From Chthoniobacteraceae bacterium (lineage in GTDB: Bacteria > Verrucomicrobiota > Verrucomicrobiia > Chthoniobacterales > Chthoniobacteraceae), in NCBI GenBank assembly GCA_031409655.1, contig JANNXQ010000067.1, forward strand, positions 1-48,868: 48,868 nt of DNA. Reading direction: 5' to 3'. A model generated the notes under the pieces. The model was not told where the DNA came from. It saw nothing but the letters and a program-made list of their open reading frames with translations, and did no database searches. Positions 36,231-47,652 of the stretch are shown here, piece by piece. Within the stretch, counting starts at the first letter, position 1. Each line of letters opens with the position of its first letter. A program made the translations under genes and the position numbers.

Positions 36231-37247
36231 TTACGGCTTCGGGGCGGCGAAGCCAGGAAGACCTTCGCGAATCTTCGCCGAGAAGTCCGCCGCCTGGCCC
36301 ACGGCTTTCCCGCGCTCATTGACTCTGCTGAGGCGCTTCAATTCAGGGAAGGGGAGGGTGGTATCGAGCATGCCGAGTTCGTAGGCTTGTGCGTCCATGT
36401 GGCCATTGACGAACAGGCGCCAATCCCACGGGCGCGCGCCCTCGACGGCCTCGGTCAGCAGGCGCACCCCGGTGGTGCAATTGGCGGTCAGCGCGTTGTA
36501 CCACTGCGGATCTTTATTGAGTTGATTGGCCGTGCGCACGTAGTCGAGGAAGAGAGCGCGGGCGACTTCGGGCGGGGTCTTGGAGTGGTAAAGGAAGACG
36601 TCTTCGGTCTCTCGGAAGTTCGTGCGGAGGCGGATGACATCGCGCTCGTCAGCCATCACGTAGATGAGTTCGTATTGCCGGAAGAAACCGGCGAGGGGTG
36701 AATATTTTTCGCCCACTTCCTTCCGCGTCTCAATCGAGAAGCAGACCGGCGGACCATTTTGAAAACGAAAGCTCACGATGGGATGCGCGATGTGCGGCGA
36801 ACCCCAGTAAGTGACGAAGACGTCCAGCCCGGTGAGTTGCGAAAGCTGCACCTGACGCGTCTCCCAGCGCGGCGTGTAATCGGTCTCGGTGCGGTAGTCG
36901 CAGTTGCGGAGATTGTGCAGCGTGACGACTTCGCCATCGCTTTCCGCCCACGGGGTCTCGGCCATGTCGGCCTGCCAGTTGCGGTCATTGCTCGCCGGGA
37001 TGGTGAACCACCAGCCGAGCACGAGCGCGCAAAGGGTGAAGAAGCTGACCGCATTCAGACTGAGCGGGCGCACAAAAAAGAGGATCGCGAGGAGACCCAG
37101 GCAGATCACGGCGGCGAGGAGGACATTGAGTCGGCCGAACGGGCCATCGAGAAAAAGCGCAGCCATGATCCAGGCAGACGAAGCTGCCATGCCGAGCACA
37201 AGGAGGAGCCACCCGATGCAGCGGGCTACGAAACGAAGGACGAACAT
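36231..37247 (-). CDS. DUF4105 family membrane protein
   Basis: AHPIVSF, SIETRKE, YNALTANCTT motifs. Confidence 0.85.
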   Translation of the reverse strand: MFVLRFVARCIGWLLLVLGMAASSAWIMAALFLDGPFGRLNVLLAAVICLGLLAILFFVRPLSLNAVSFFTLCALVLGWWFTIPASNDRNWQADMAETPWAESDGEVVTLHNLRNCDYRTETDYTPRWETRQVQLSQLTGLDVFVTYWGSPHIAHPIVSFRFQNGPPVCFSIETRKEVGEKYSPLAGFFRQYELIYVMADERDVIRLRTNFRETEDVFLYHSKTPPEVARALFLDYVRTANQLNKDPQWYNALTANCTTGVRLLTEAVEGARPWDWRLFVNGHMDAQAYELGMLDTTLPFPELKRLSRVNERGKAVGQAADFSAKIREGLPGFAAPKP

Positions 37248-37496
37248 CGCGGCGGTTCATAGAGGAACCATGCGGGGAATGCAAAGATGGAGCGACCTGG
37301 GAGCGCCGCCGGACCGTGCGGATTCGATGGGCGCTGAATTTCGCCGGGCTGGCCACAGCGGAAGGGATATTTTCGTGGTCGTGAAGTTGACGCTTTGCCC
37401 AAGCCCTCTACCTTCCTCGAAGTTGGGTTCATCGTTTGCGTCCGCAATGAAGGGTGTTACGGTCCCTGACTTTTTCTTCTGCTCTAAAACAACTCC

Positions 37497-39566
<2,070 letters not shown>

Positions 39567-39585
39567 GCGCGGCGACTCGCCTGAG

Positions 39586-40185
39586 TCACACGCCGGTCGC
39601 CTCCACCGCGGCGAGCAATTCGTCGTGCCGCTCGTGATGATAGTGATGGGTGCGGAAGCCCAGGCTGCGGGCTGTCTCGATATTTGGCAGGAGGTCGTCG
39701 ATGAAGAACGTCGTCTGCGGTTCGATCCCGAGTTGGCGGCAGGCGATGTGAAAGATCTCGGGGTTCGGCTTTGAGGCGCGGACCTTGTGGGAGTACACGC
39801 CACCGCAGAAATTTTCGAAGACCGGATAGCGGCGCAGGAAGAAATCGACGTGAATGTCGTTGGTGTTGCTGAGCAGGTAGAGCGGGCAGCGTCCGTGCAG
39901 CTTCTTGACCAGCGCGGTCATCGGCAGGTTCTCGTCGAAGATGTCTTCAAACGCGGCGACGAACTCCGCCTCCGTTCCGCGAAATCGCAGCACGTCGATC
40001 GCCGCGCGGAGAAAGCTCGCGCGATCAATCTGTCCGTCCTCGAGCATGAATTTCACTGGGTCCAGCCGAGTGAGCAATTCCGTGGGATCGCCCGCATCGG
40101 ACTGGGTCGCGAGCTTACGCAGGGCGATGTGAAAATCGAAACGAAGGAGGACATTGCCGATGTCGAAGAGGAAGGCGCGGATCAT
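39586..40185 (-). CDS. HAD family phosphatase
   Basis: FDIGNVL, LSNT, KP, FIDD motifs. Confidence 0.9.
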   Translation of the reverse strand: MIRAFLFDIGNVLLRFDFHIALRKLATQSDAGDPTELLTRLDPVKFMLEDGQIDRASFLRAAIDVLRFRGTEAEFVAAFEDIFDENLPMTALVKKLHGRCPLYLLSNTNDIHVDFFLRRYPVFENFCGGVYSHKVRASKPNPEIFHIACRQLGIEPQTTFFIDDLLPNIETARSLGFRTHHYHHERHDELLAAVEATGV

Positions 40186-40266
40186 CAGGGAAGGGGAATT
40201 GAGGATTGGAAATTGAAAATCGTTCCGAGCCCGGTGCTATCTGACGTGCAGGGAGTTTTTCAACCT

Positions 40267-41379
40267 TCAATCTCCAATCTTTTCCCCAAGTACAAAGCGC
40301 GCGATGCGCAGGGCCGCATCCGGACGCGAAAGGCGGCTGATATTCGCCTCCCAACGCCTCCAAAGTGCGGCGTCGTCGGCGAAGGCTTCGCGGATCGTGC
40401 TGGCGAGGGCTTCGGGCGTTTTGGCGAGTCGGCCACAGTCGTTGTCGAACAGCAGGCGCGCATTTCCCTCCTCCTGGCCGGGCACGATCCCGGTGAGGAG
40501 CATTGGCGTGCGCGCCGCGATCGTCTCCTGGACGGTCGCGCCGCCAGCTTTGCCGATGAGCAGATGATGCGTGCGGAGAAATGTCGGCATCTCCGACGTC
40601 CACCCGTGGAGTTCGAGCGGGCGATTCATTGAGCGGGCGATGCTCTCGAGTTCCATGCTGAGGGCGGTGTTGCGACCGGTCGTCACAGTGAGGTGAAGCG
40701 GCTCGATCTCGAGCAGTCGCCGGACGACGGAGGGCGCGAGATCCGGTCGTGCATTCACCATATAGAGCACTCGCGGCACGACGCCCGGGCCGGGAGCGGG
40801 GCGCTCGATTTTCTCCAAGGCGAAGCGCGGCTGGACGGGAAAGCCGAGCGTGCGAACCAGACCGTCGGGCACGCCTGCGGCCGCGAGCACGCGCGCGGTG
40901 TCCTCGTTCGGAACGATCAGCGAATCACTCGGCGCGTTGAACCAGACGCGATTCACGGTGATGGAGTCGGTGATGACGGTGTGCAGCTTGAAGGGTCGCG
41001 CTTTTCCCGCCGGGTAGAGTCGCGCGAGTACGTGGGCATAGACCGGATACACGGAGAGAATCGCGATCGGTTGCTCGCGGGCGATGAGTTCCTGGAGCGC
41101 CCGGCGGAGTGGTCCGAGGAAAGGCAGCGTGAGCGCGAGCAGGGGAGTGCGATCGAGTGCCGTGTAGATGGCCGCCCAGATTCGCGGGGCGCGGTTGATG
41201 AGCAGGAGGTAATTTTTCTGCGCCCGCGTGTGCATCGCGCCGAAGGTGGTCGCGAAGAGATCGTGATACTGAGCATCGACGGTCTCCGGAGCGAGATGCT
41301 CGAAGGCCGCCTGGAGGCCGCGCGCTGCGGCGTTGTGGCCTTCGCCGTAACCGGCCGTGAAGAGGAGGATTTTCCGCAT
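40267..41379 (-). CDS. MGDG synthase/UgtP-like glycosyltransferase
   Basis: GYGEGHNAAA, KAGGAT, PGQEEGNA motifs. Confidence 0.88.
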   Translation of the reverse strand: MRKILLFTAGYGEGHNAAARGLQAAFEHLAPETVDAQYHDLFATTFGAMHTRAQKNYLLLINRAPRIWAAIYTALDRTPLLALTLPFLGPLRRALQELIAREQPIAILSVYPVYAHVLARLYPAGKARPFKLHTVITDSITVNRVWFNAPSDSLIVPNEDTARVLAAAGVPDGLVRTLGFPVQPRFALEKIERPAPGPGVVPRVLYMVNARPDLAPSVVRRLLEIEPLHLTVTTGRNTALSMELESIARSMNRPLELHGWTSEMPTFLRTHHLLIGKAGGATVQETIAARTPMLLTGIVPGQEEGNARLLFDNDCGRLAKTPEALASTIREAFADDAALWRRWEANISRLSRPDAALRIARFVLGEKIGD

Positions 41380-41472
41380 TTTCGGGCGGAGTGTCGGAGG
41401 CGATCCAGAGGCTGTCGAGCCCTGAGCATTACGCTCGCCTCGCCTGCGCTGGATGGGTGTAATCAATCGAAA

Positions 41473-42168
41473 ATGGCTACACTGAAAATTCAGGAACTGC
41501 CCGAACAAGATCGCCCGCGCGAGAAGCTTGCCGCCCACGGAGCGGGAGCGCTCACCGACAGCGAACTCATCGCCATCCTCCTGCGCACCGGGCTTCCGGG
41601 GGCGAATGCGGTCGATGTCGCGCGCCAGCTCCTGCAGCGTTTCGGCTCCCTCGGGGGTCTCGCGCGCTGCACCGTAAAAGAACTTTCCGAGATCAAAGGC
41701 GTGGGGCCTGCGAAGGCCGTGCAACTCGCGGCGGCGTTCGGACTCGGTGCGCGGCTCGCCCGCGAGCAACTCGACAAACAGCCGCTGGACACGCCGGAGC
41801 GCATCCACACCTTGCTCGGTCCAGAGCTCCGCGCCCTCCACCAGGAGTCGCTCCGGATCGTCCTGCTCGATACGAAATTGCAGCTCATCCGCGTGGAGGA
41901 AGTCTCGCTCGGAACGCTGAACGAAACGACCGCCCACCCGCGCGAAATTTTCCGCCCGGCGATCATTCACGCGGCCTACGCCATCGTCGTCGTTCACAAT
42001 CATCCCTCCGGCGATCCGACGCCCAGCGACGCGGATCGCCGGCTCACCGTGCGCCTCGTCGAGATCGCCCGGCTCATGCAGATCACCCTGCTTGACCACA
42101 TCATCATCGGCTCCGGCGATGGCGGACGGCAGCCTTGGTTCAGCTTCCGTGAGGTCGGCTTGGTGTGA
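41473..42168 (+). CDS. radC: RadC/JAB domain protein
   Basis: RPREKL, IKGVGPAKA, HNHPSGDPTPS..D, LLDHIII. Confidence 0.95.
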   Translation: MATLKIQELPEQDRPREKLAAHGAGALTDSELIAILLRTGLPGANAVDVARQLLQRFGSLGGLARCTVKELSEIKGVGPAKAVQLAAAFGLGARLAREQLDKQPLDTPERIHTLLGPELRALHQESLRIVLLDTKLQLIRVEEVSLGTLNETTAHPREIFRPAIIHAAYAIVVVHNHPSGDPTPSDADRRLTVRLVEIARLMQITLLDHIIIGSGDGGRQPWFSFREVGLV

Positions 42169-42213
42169 TTTGTGAATGGTGAGGGCGCGCGGGGCAGTTC
42201 ACGATTTCCAGCC

Positions 42214-43020
42214 ATGTCGATCGCACCCTCCGCCATCATCCACCCCGGCGCCCAACTCGGCGCGAATGTCACCATCGGTCCGTACGCCGTCATCGAGGGG
42301 GCCGCGAAGATTGGCGATGGCTGCACGATCCAGGCGCACGCGATCATCGGCGCTCGGGTGCGGATGGGGTCGGGGAATCTGATCGGCTACGGCGCCATCG
42401 TTGGCGGCGATCCGCAGGATTTTGCCTTCGATCCCGCGACGGCCAGCGAGGTCGTGATCGGCGACGGCAACAAGATCCGTGAATACTGCACCATCCACCG
42501 CGGCACCGCGGAAGGCAGTGCGACGATCGTCGGTGACGACTGCTTCCTCATGGCGGGCGCGCATCTCGCGCACAATGTCCACCTTGGAAATGGCGTCGTC
42601 CTCGCGAACAACGCACTCCTGGCCGGTCATGTGATCGTCGAAGATCGCGTCTTCGTCGGGGGCGGCTGCGTCTTTCACCAGCATGTGCGCGTGGGCCGGC
42701 TGGCAATGTGTCAGGGCCTTAGCGGCTTTGGCAAAGACATCCCGCCCTACGCCATCGCCGGTCGCATCAATGGCGTGGCCGGGCTCAATGTCGTGGGCCT
42801 GCGCCGTGCCGGTTTCACCCCGCCGCAGCGCGCGGAGATCAAGGCGGCCTTTGCCCTGCTCTACCGGAGCGGACTCAATGTCTCCCAGGCTCTCGCGGAA
42901 GCGGCGCAGAAGACCTGGGGGCCGGAGGCGCAGGCGTTTTGGGATTTTGTCGCGGGATCGAAAAAGCGCGGCCTCTGCGATTTTCTCCCCGAACGCAGCG
43001 GCGCGGCAGCGGAAGACTAG
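42214..43020 (+). CDS. lpxA: UDP-N-acetylglucosamine O-acyltransferase
   Basis: Hexapeptide repeats, PQD, IREYCTIHRGT, LAGHV, FHQ, GLNVVGLRR. Confidence 0.92.
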   Translation: MSIAPSAIIHPGAQLGANVTIGPYAVIEGAAKIGDGCTIQAHAIIGARVRMGSGNLIGYGAIVGGDPQDFAFDPATASEVVIGDGNKIREYCTIHRGTAEGSATIVGDDCFLMAGAHLAHNVHLGNGVVLANNALLAGHVIVEDRVFVGGGCVFHQHVRVGRLAMCQGLSGFGKDIPPYAIAGRINGVAGLNVVGLRRAGFTPPQRAEIKAAFALLYRSGLNVSQALAEAAQKTWGPEAQAFWDFVAGSKKRGLCDFLPERSGAAAED

Positions 43021-43427
43021 CGGTGCTTGCCGCGGACGATGACGATGGGCCGGTTGTAGTAGTAGTAGGGCTCGTAGCGGTAGCCGGGATCGGAGTAGCG
43101 CATCGCGTAGAGCGAGGGGGTCGCCATGAGGTAGTCGATGATTTTACTTTGCACGCCGGCCTGACGGAGCAGCACCACATCCTGGGAATCGAGAGTGTAA
43201 ACGTGCGCCGTCGAGCGGAGATAGCGCAGGAGGAATTCCGCCGAAATCTTCTTCTGCGACAGCTCCATGATGTCGCTGAGCTCGAGCGGATCAAAGACGG
43301 CCATGCGCTGCTGGAGTTGCGGTGACACGCCGCCGCGCTGGAGGGCGGACCGGTCGGCTTCGCTCAAGGTGGCGCAACCGCCGAGGCAAAAGAGCGCGAC
43401 GAAAAGGAATAGGCGGAGGGGCTTCAT
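43017..43427 (-). CDS. Small lipoprotein
   Basis: Lipobox LGGC; LRQAGVQSKIIDYL motif, Tyr-rich tail. Confidence 0.7.
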   Translation of the reverse strand: MKPLRLFLFVALFCLGGCATLSEADRSALQRGGVSPQLQQRMAVFDPLELSDIMELSQKKISAEFLLRYLRSTAHVYTLDSQDVVLLRQAGVQSKIIDYLMATPSLYAMRYSDPGYRYEPYYYYNRPIVIVRGKHR

Positions 43428-43553
43428 GCGTCGGAAGCTCCCGAGGATGCCGGGAAATGCAAGGCCGGAAGCGCGCTTGTGGCGAGGTGCATACTTTCCG
43501 CTCTTGTCTGTTGCGTGGAGTAAAGGAAGTTTCCTGCCCTCCCCGCGAACCGC

Positions 43554-44600
43554 ATGGAATCGAACCCGCGCACCACAATGCAACAAATCGCCGACCAGGC
43601 CGGGGTGTCGCGTATGGCGGTCTCGCTGGCGCTCCGTGGGAGCAAGAAGGTCTCGGCCAAAACGACCGCGCGCATCCGCGAAGTCGCGGAGGAACTCGGC
43701 TACCGGCCCAATCCGCTGATCTCCGCGCTGATGACGCACCTCCGGCAAACGCGGCCCGCCGCGCAGCCAACGACCATCGCCTATGCGACGGCCTTTCCGA
43801 CCAATGACGAGTGGCGGAAGTCAGCGCATTTTGTGCGCTTCTTTGAAGGGGCTCGTCGGCGCGCGGAAGTGCTCGGCTACGTGCTCGAGGAGTGGTGGCT
43901 GCGTCCGCCAGGCATGAGCGAGCAGCGGATCAGCGAAATCCTTTTTAATCGCGACATTCACGGGCTGCTCGTCGCGCCTTTGCCGGTCGAGATCGGCGAT
44001 CTGCATCTCGATTGGCCAAAGCTTTCGTGCGCCACCATCGGCTACTCGCTGCGCGACACGGCGCTCCATCGCGCCAGCAATGATCAATACGGCTCGATCC
44101 AGTTGGCCCTGCGCGAACTCACCCGCCTTGGTTACCACCGCATCGGGCTGGTGGTGCCGCGGGAGGAGGATCTCCGCGTCGAGCAACGCTGGTCGGCGGC
44201 GATGCTCGCGCAGCAGTCCGGCCTCCCGCCCGAAGATCGGGTCCCCCTGCTGATCTCCGACGGGCCGCTCGGACCGCAGTTTGTGGATTGGTTTCGCGCG
44301 CATCGGCCCGCGGCGGTCCTCAGCACCTCCGGAGAATGTCTCGCGCTGCTCCAGGACCTGGCGGTGCGGGTGCCGAAGGAGGTTGGCTTTGCGCATCTCG
44401 GTATCGACCCCGGTGAAAACGACACCGCCGGGATCGATCAGCGGTCCGAACTCGTCGGTGCGGCCGCGCTGGATCTCGTCGATACCCTGCTGCGCAGTAA
44501 TGAGCGCGGGCTTCCGACGTTGCGCCGCTCGATTCTGATTTCCGGCGTGTGGGTGCCCGGCGGCACCGTTCGTGAGCAACCCGCCCCGCGTCGGCGCTAG
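43554..44600 (+). CDS. LacI family transcriptional regulator
   Basis: TMQQIADQAGVSRMAVSLAL...LGYRPN. Confidence 0.92.
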   Translation: MESNPRTTMQQIADQAGVSRMAVSLALRGSKKVSAKTTARIREVAEELGYRPNPLISALMTHLRQTRPAAQPTTIAYATAFPTNDEWRKSAHFVRFFEGARRRAEVLGYVLEEWWLRPPGMSEQRISEILFNRDIHGLLVAPLPVEIGDLHLDWPKLSCATIGYSLRDTALHRASNDQYGSIQLALRELTRLGYHRIGLVVPREEDLRVEQRWSAAMLAQQSGLPPEDRVPLLISDGPLGPQFVDWFRAHRPAAVLSTSGECLALLQDLAVRVPKEVGFAHLGIDPGENDTAGIDQRSELVGAAALDLVDTLLRSNERGLPTLRRSILISGVWVPGGTVREQPAPRRR

Positions 44601-44607
44601 GGTTTCC

Positions 44608-45984
44608 TCACGACTTCAGATTCAGCTTCTGCGGGAGCGCCGGTGGGAGGTGCTGCGCTGGGGCGTGCTTGTCGCGGGAGGCCTCGTGGTTTAAGCGGAA
44701 GCAGGTTGGGTCTTCATCGGTTGTCCCGAGTTCTTTCTTGGCGATGTCCAGCGCGCGCCGGATCGCGGTCTTATTCACGCTGTAGATCACGGCCGTTTCC
44801 TCCGTGATCTTGCCGGCCTTAAAGAGCCCCACGAGATCCTGCTCAAAACTGTGCCAGCCCACCTGCTGGCTGGCCTCGATGATTTCGTGATAACTGCGCA
44901 GCTCGCTTTCACCGAGGAGCATCGTCTCCCGGGAGCGCATGCTATTACCCATGATCTCGGAGACCATCACGCGCCCGCCGCCCACCTTCGGCGCGAGGCG
45001 CTGGCTGACCACGTAACGGAGGGTGTCGGCGAGCCGCTGGCGGATCTGCTCTTCCTCGTGATGCGAAAACATGCCGATCACGCGATTGACCGACTGCGAC
45101 GCGCTGATCGTGTGCAGGGTGGAAAAGACGACGTGCCCAGTCTCCGCTGCGGTGAGCGCGATCTCCATGGTATCGCGGTCGCGGATTTCGCCGACGAGGA
45201 TGACCTTCGGCGCCTGCCGCAAAGCCGCGCGCAGCCCCACGGCGAAGTCCGAGAAGTCCTTCCCAAACTCGCGTTGGCTGAAGGTCGCCTTGGCGTGCGG
45301 GTGCAAAAATTCGATGGGGTCTTCGAGCGTCACCACGTGCATCTCGCTCGTTTGATTCAGCTCATTGAGCATCGCGGCGAGCGTCGTCGTCTTGCCGCTG
45401 CCGGTGGCGCCGGTCACGAAGATGAGGCCGGTCTTCTCTTTGATCATCTCGCGGAAGATCGGCGGCAGGCCGAGCGCCTCGAGCGAAGGGATCTTGGTGC
45501 TCAGCTTGCGCATGACGATGGCGTGATTGCCATTCTGGCGGAAGATATTCACGCGGAAGCGCGCGAGGTCCGCCACGGAGTAACTGGTGTCGCAGGAGCC
45601 GGTGTTCTTGAAATCGACGGCGAGCCGTTCGTTACTCGCCATCAGCTTGCCGGCGATGGCTTCGACGTGCGCGGGCTGCAGCACCGGAGAAAGCCCTGGA
45701 ATCTCAACGCCGGTGAGCTTGCCGAAGATTTCGACCTGCGGCGGTTTGCCGACGACGAAAAGGAGATCGGAAACGCCATCGGCCGTGCCGACCATCGTGC
45801 GAATGATGTCGTCCAAGGCGAAGACTTGGGGTTGGGAGCGCGCCGTTTGCCCTTGAGCGAGATCGCGCGCTCTGGCCGGAGATGGCTGGAGACTCGTGCG
45901 GGGCTGGATGCCGGAGGGCGTGCTGGCGATCGGAGGAGGCGGTTGCGTCATCATGCCCGCAGGCAAGGGCAGCTTGTGTGCCAC
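44608..45984 (-). CDS. PilT/PilU family type IV pilus ATPase
   Basis: GATGSGKTT, TLEDPIE, ALRQAP..ILVGEIRD, AETGH...STLH. Confidence 0.92.
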   Translation of the reverse strand: MAHKLPLPAGMMTQPPPPIASTPSGIQPRTSLQPSPARARDLAQGQTARSQPQVFALDDIIRTMVGTADGVSDLLFVVGKPPQVEIFGKLTGVEIPGLSPVLQPAHVEAIAGKLMASNERLAVDFKNTGSCDTSYSVADLARFRVNIFRQNGNHAIVMRKLSTKIPSLEALGLPPIFREMIKEKTGLIFVTGATGSGKTTTLAAMLNELNQTSEMHVVTLEDPIEFLHPHAKATFSQREFGKDFSDFAVGLRAALRQAPKVILVGEIRDRDTMEIALTAAETGHVVFSTLHTISASQSVNRVIGMFSHHEEEQIRQRLADTLRYVVSQRLAPKVGGGRVMVSEIMGNSMRSRETMLLGESELRSYHEIIEASQQVGWHSFEQDLVGLFKAGKITEETAVIYSVNKTAIRRALDIAKKELGTTDEDPTCFRLNHEASRDKHAPAQHLPPALPQKLNLKS

Positions 45985-45999
45985 CGCCGCGAGCCCCGG

Positions 46000-46287
46000 C
46001 TACTGGGTGAAAAAGAACGTGTGCAGGCTCAGCGCGACGAAGGCGAAGAGGACGATGATGGCCACGACCCACCAAAGACGTGGAGTCCCGGCCGCGCGCG
46101 GACCTTTGCCAAATTCGTCCGCGAGGAACTTGTCGTAATCGAACTCCTCCTCTTCCCCGGGGAGGTCGAGTCCGTCCGCACTGTCGCGACCGCTCCAGCC
46201 CGACTTCTCACAGGCTCCGCAAGCCGGGCAGGCCTTCGCATTGAGCGGGACGTCTTCACTGCAAATCGGGCAGATGCGAGGAGCCAT
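46000..46287 (-). CDS. Zinc-ribbon membrane protein
   Basis: CPIC...CPAC and C-terminal TM. Confidence 0.7.
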   Translation of the reverse strand: MAPRICPICSEDVPLNAKACPACGACEKSGWSGRDSADGLDLPGEEEEFDYDKFLADEFGKGPRAAGTPRLWWVVAIIVLFAFVALSLHTFFFTQ

Positions 46288-46310
46288 GCCAGGGAGTCGT
46301 TGCCCGTCTC

Positions 46311-47465
46311 TCAGTACACGTCGCGCTTGTAGCGTTTCGTTTTCTTGAGTTCTTCGAGGTATTCACCGGCCTCCTCCGGCGTCTTGCCGCCCTGCGTTTC
46401 CACGATGCGCAAAAGTTCCGCGTGCACGTCGCCCGCCATGCGTTCCTTGTCGCCGCAGACAAAAAACTCCGCGCCTTCCTCCAGCCAGCGCCACACCTCC
46501 CCGGCGTGCTCGGCGAGCCGATGCTGGACGTACACTTTCTCCGCCTGATCGCGCGAGAAGGCGGTCTCGAGCCGGAGGAATCCGTCCTGCACCCAGCGCG
46601 AAAACTGCGCTTCGTAAAGGAAGTCACTCGCCCGCCTTTGCTCGCCGAAGAAGAGCCAGTTGCGGCCCTGCGCTCCGAGCGCCTGGCGTTCCTCGAGATA
46701 CGCGCGGAAGGGCGCCACGCCAGTGCCGGGGCCGACCATGATGATCGGCGTATCGCTGCTCGCGGGCAGCCCGAAGTGCTTCTGCTGATTCTGCACCCAC
46801 ACGCCTGCGGTGACGTCCGTATCCCAGCGATTCGCGATGAAGGTGGACGCGACGCCTTTGCGCTGCCGCCCGCGGATCGTGTAGGTGACAGTCGCCACGG
46901 TGAGATGCACTTCGTCCGGATGCGCCTTGAGACTGGAGGCGATGGAGTAAAGCCGCGGCTTCAGTTTGCCGAGCAGCTTCACGAATTCCTCGGGCGTGAA
47001 CTGCACTTGCGGAAACTCGCGCAGCACATCCGCGTAGTCATGCGCCACATTCTTTCCCTGAAGATACGCGCGCAGTCCGTCCGCCTGTTCGGGAGCGAGC
47101 AGCGCCTGCAATTCCGCCGCGCCGCGCGCCGCTGCGGCTTCGATGAACTTCCGATCGGAAAACGTGATCGCATAGTCCGCGAAGAGCGCGTCGCGCAGTG
47201 CTTTCGCTTGTCCGTCGCGTCCGGGCACGGGCTCGTCGCCTTTTGCGCCCAGCGCCCCGATGACTTCTTCAACGAGCGCCGGGCAATTCTTCGGCAGCAC
47301 GCCGAGGGCATCGCCAGCGAGGTAGCTGATTTCGGAGCCAGAGAGGGAAACTTCCAGGTGCCGCGTGTCTTTCTCGGATTCCGGTCCGGTCAGTTTCACA
47401 TTCGCGATCCGGTGCGCCGGAAAGGGATTTTTGAAACTGAACGCACCGGGGGATTCTGTGGACAT
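46311..47465 (-). CDS. CysJ-like FAD/NADPH flavoprotein without flavodoxin domain
   Basis: RLYSIASS, GVAS, MVGPGTGVAPFR, FVCG, RYKRDVY. Confidence 0.88.
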   Translation of the reverse strand: MSTESPGAFSFKNPFPAHRIANVKLTGPESEKDTRHLEVSLSGSEISYLAGDALGVLPKNCPALVEEVIGALGAKGDEPVPGRDGQAKALRDALFADYAITFSDRKFIEAAAARGAAELQALLAPEQADGLRAYLQGKNVAHDYADVLREFPQVQFTPEEFVKLLGKLKPRLYSIASSLKAHPDEVHLTVATVTYTIRGRQRKGVASTFIANRWDTDVTAGVWVQNQQKHFGLPASSDTPIIMVGPGTGVAPFRAYLEERQALGAQGRNWLFFGEQRRASDFLYEAQFSRWVQDGFLRLETAFSRDQAEKVYVQHRLAEHAGEVWRWLEEGAEFFVCGDKERMAGDVHAELLRIVETQGGKTPEEAGEYLEELKKTKRYKRDVY

Positions 47466-47652
47466 GGCAGAGCACGATAGGGACGGCCCTCTGCGAGTCG
47501 CAAGCACGTAGCTCGTTTCCAAGTGCGCGCACGAGTTTCCACCACCTCAAAGTTGGCCCTCTCATCCAGAGGAGGCGCCAGGGACGGTGACGGAAAAGTC
47601 TCATGGGCTCTTCCGCAGGCCTTCCTCGGCAAACGCTCCGGCGCGCAGGCGC

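Noticed and set aside
40267..42099. 610-aa ORF as one long protein
   Set aside because: The N-terminal 240 aa are largely antisense to radC; glycosyltransferase similarity starts at MRKILLF (41379)
41473..42168. RadC as a mobile-element or defence JAB protein
   Set aside because: Full-length chromosomal form among housekeeping genes
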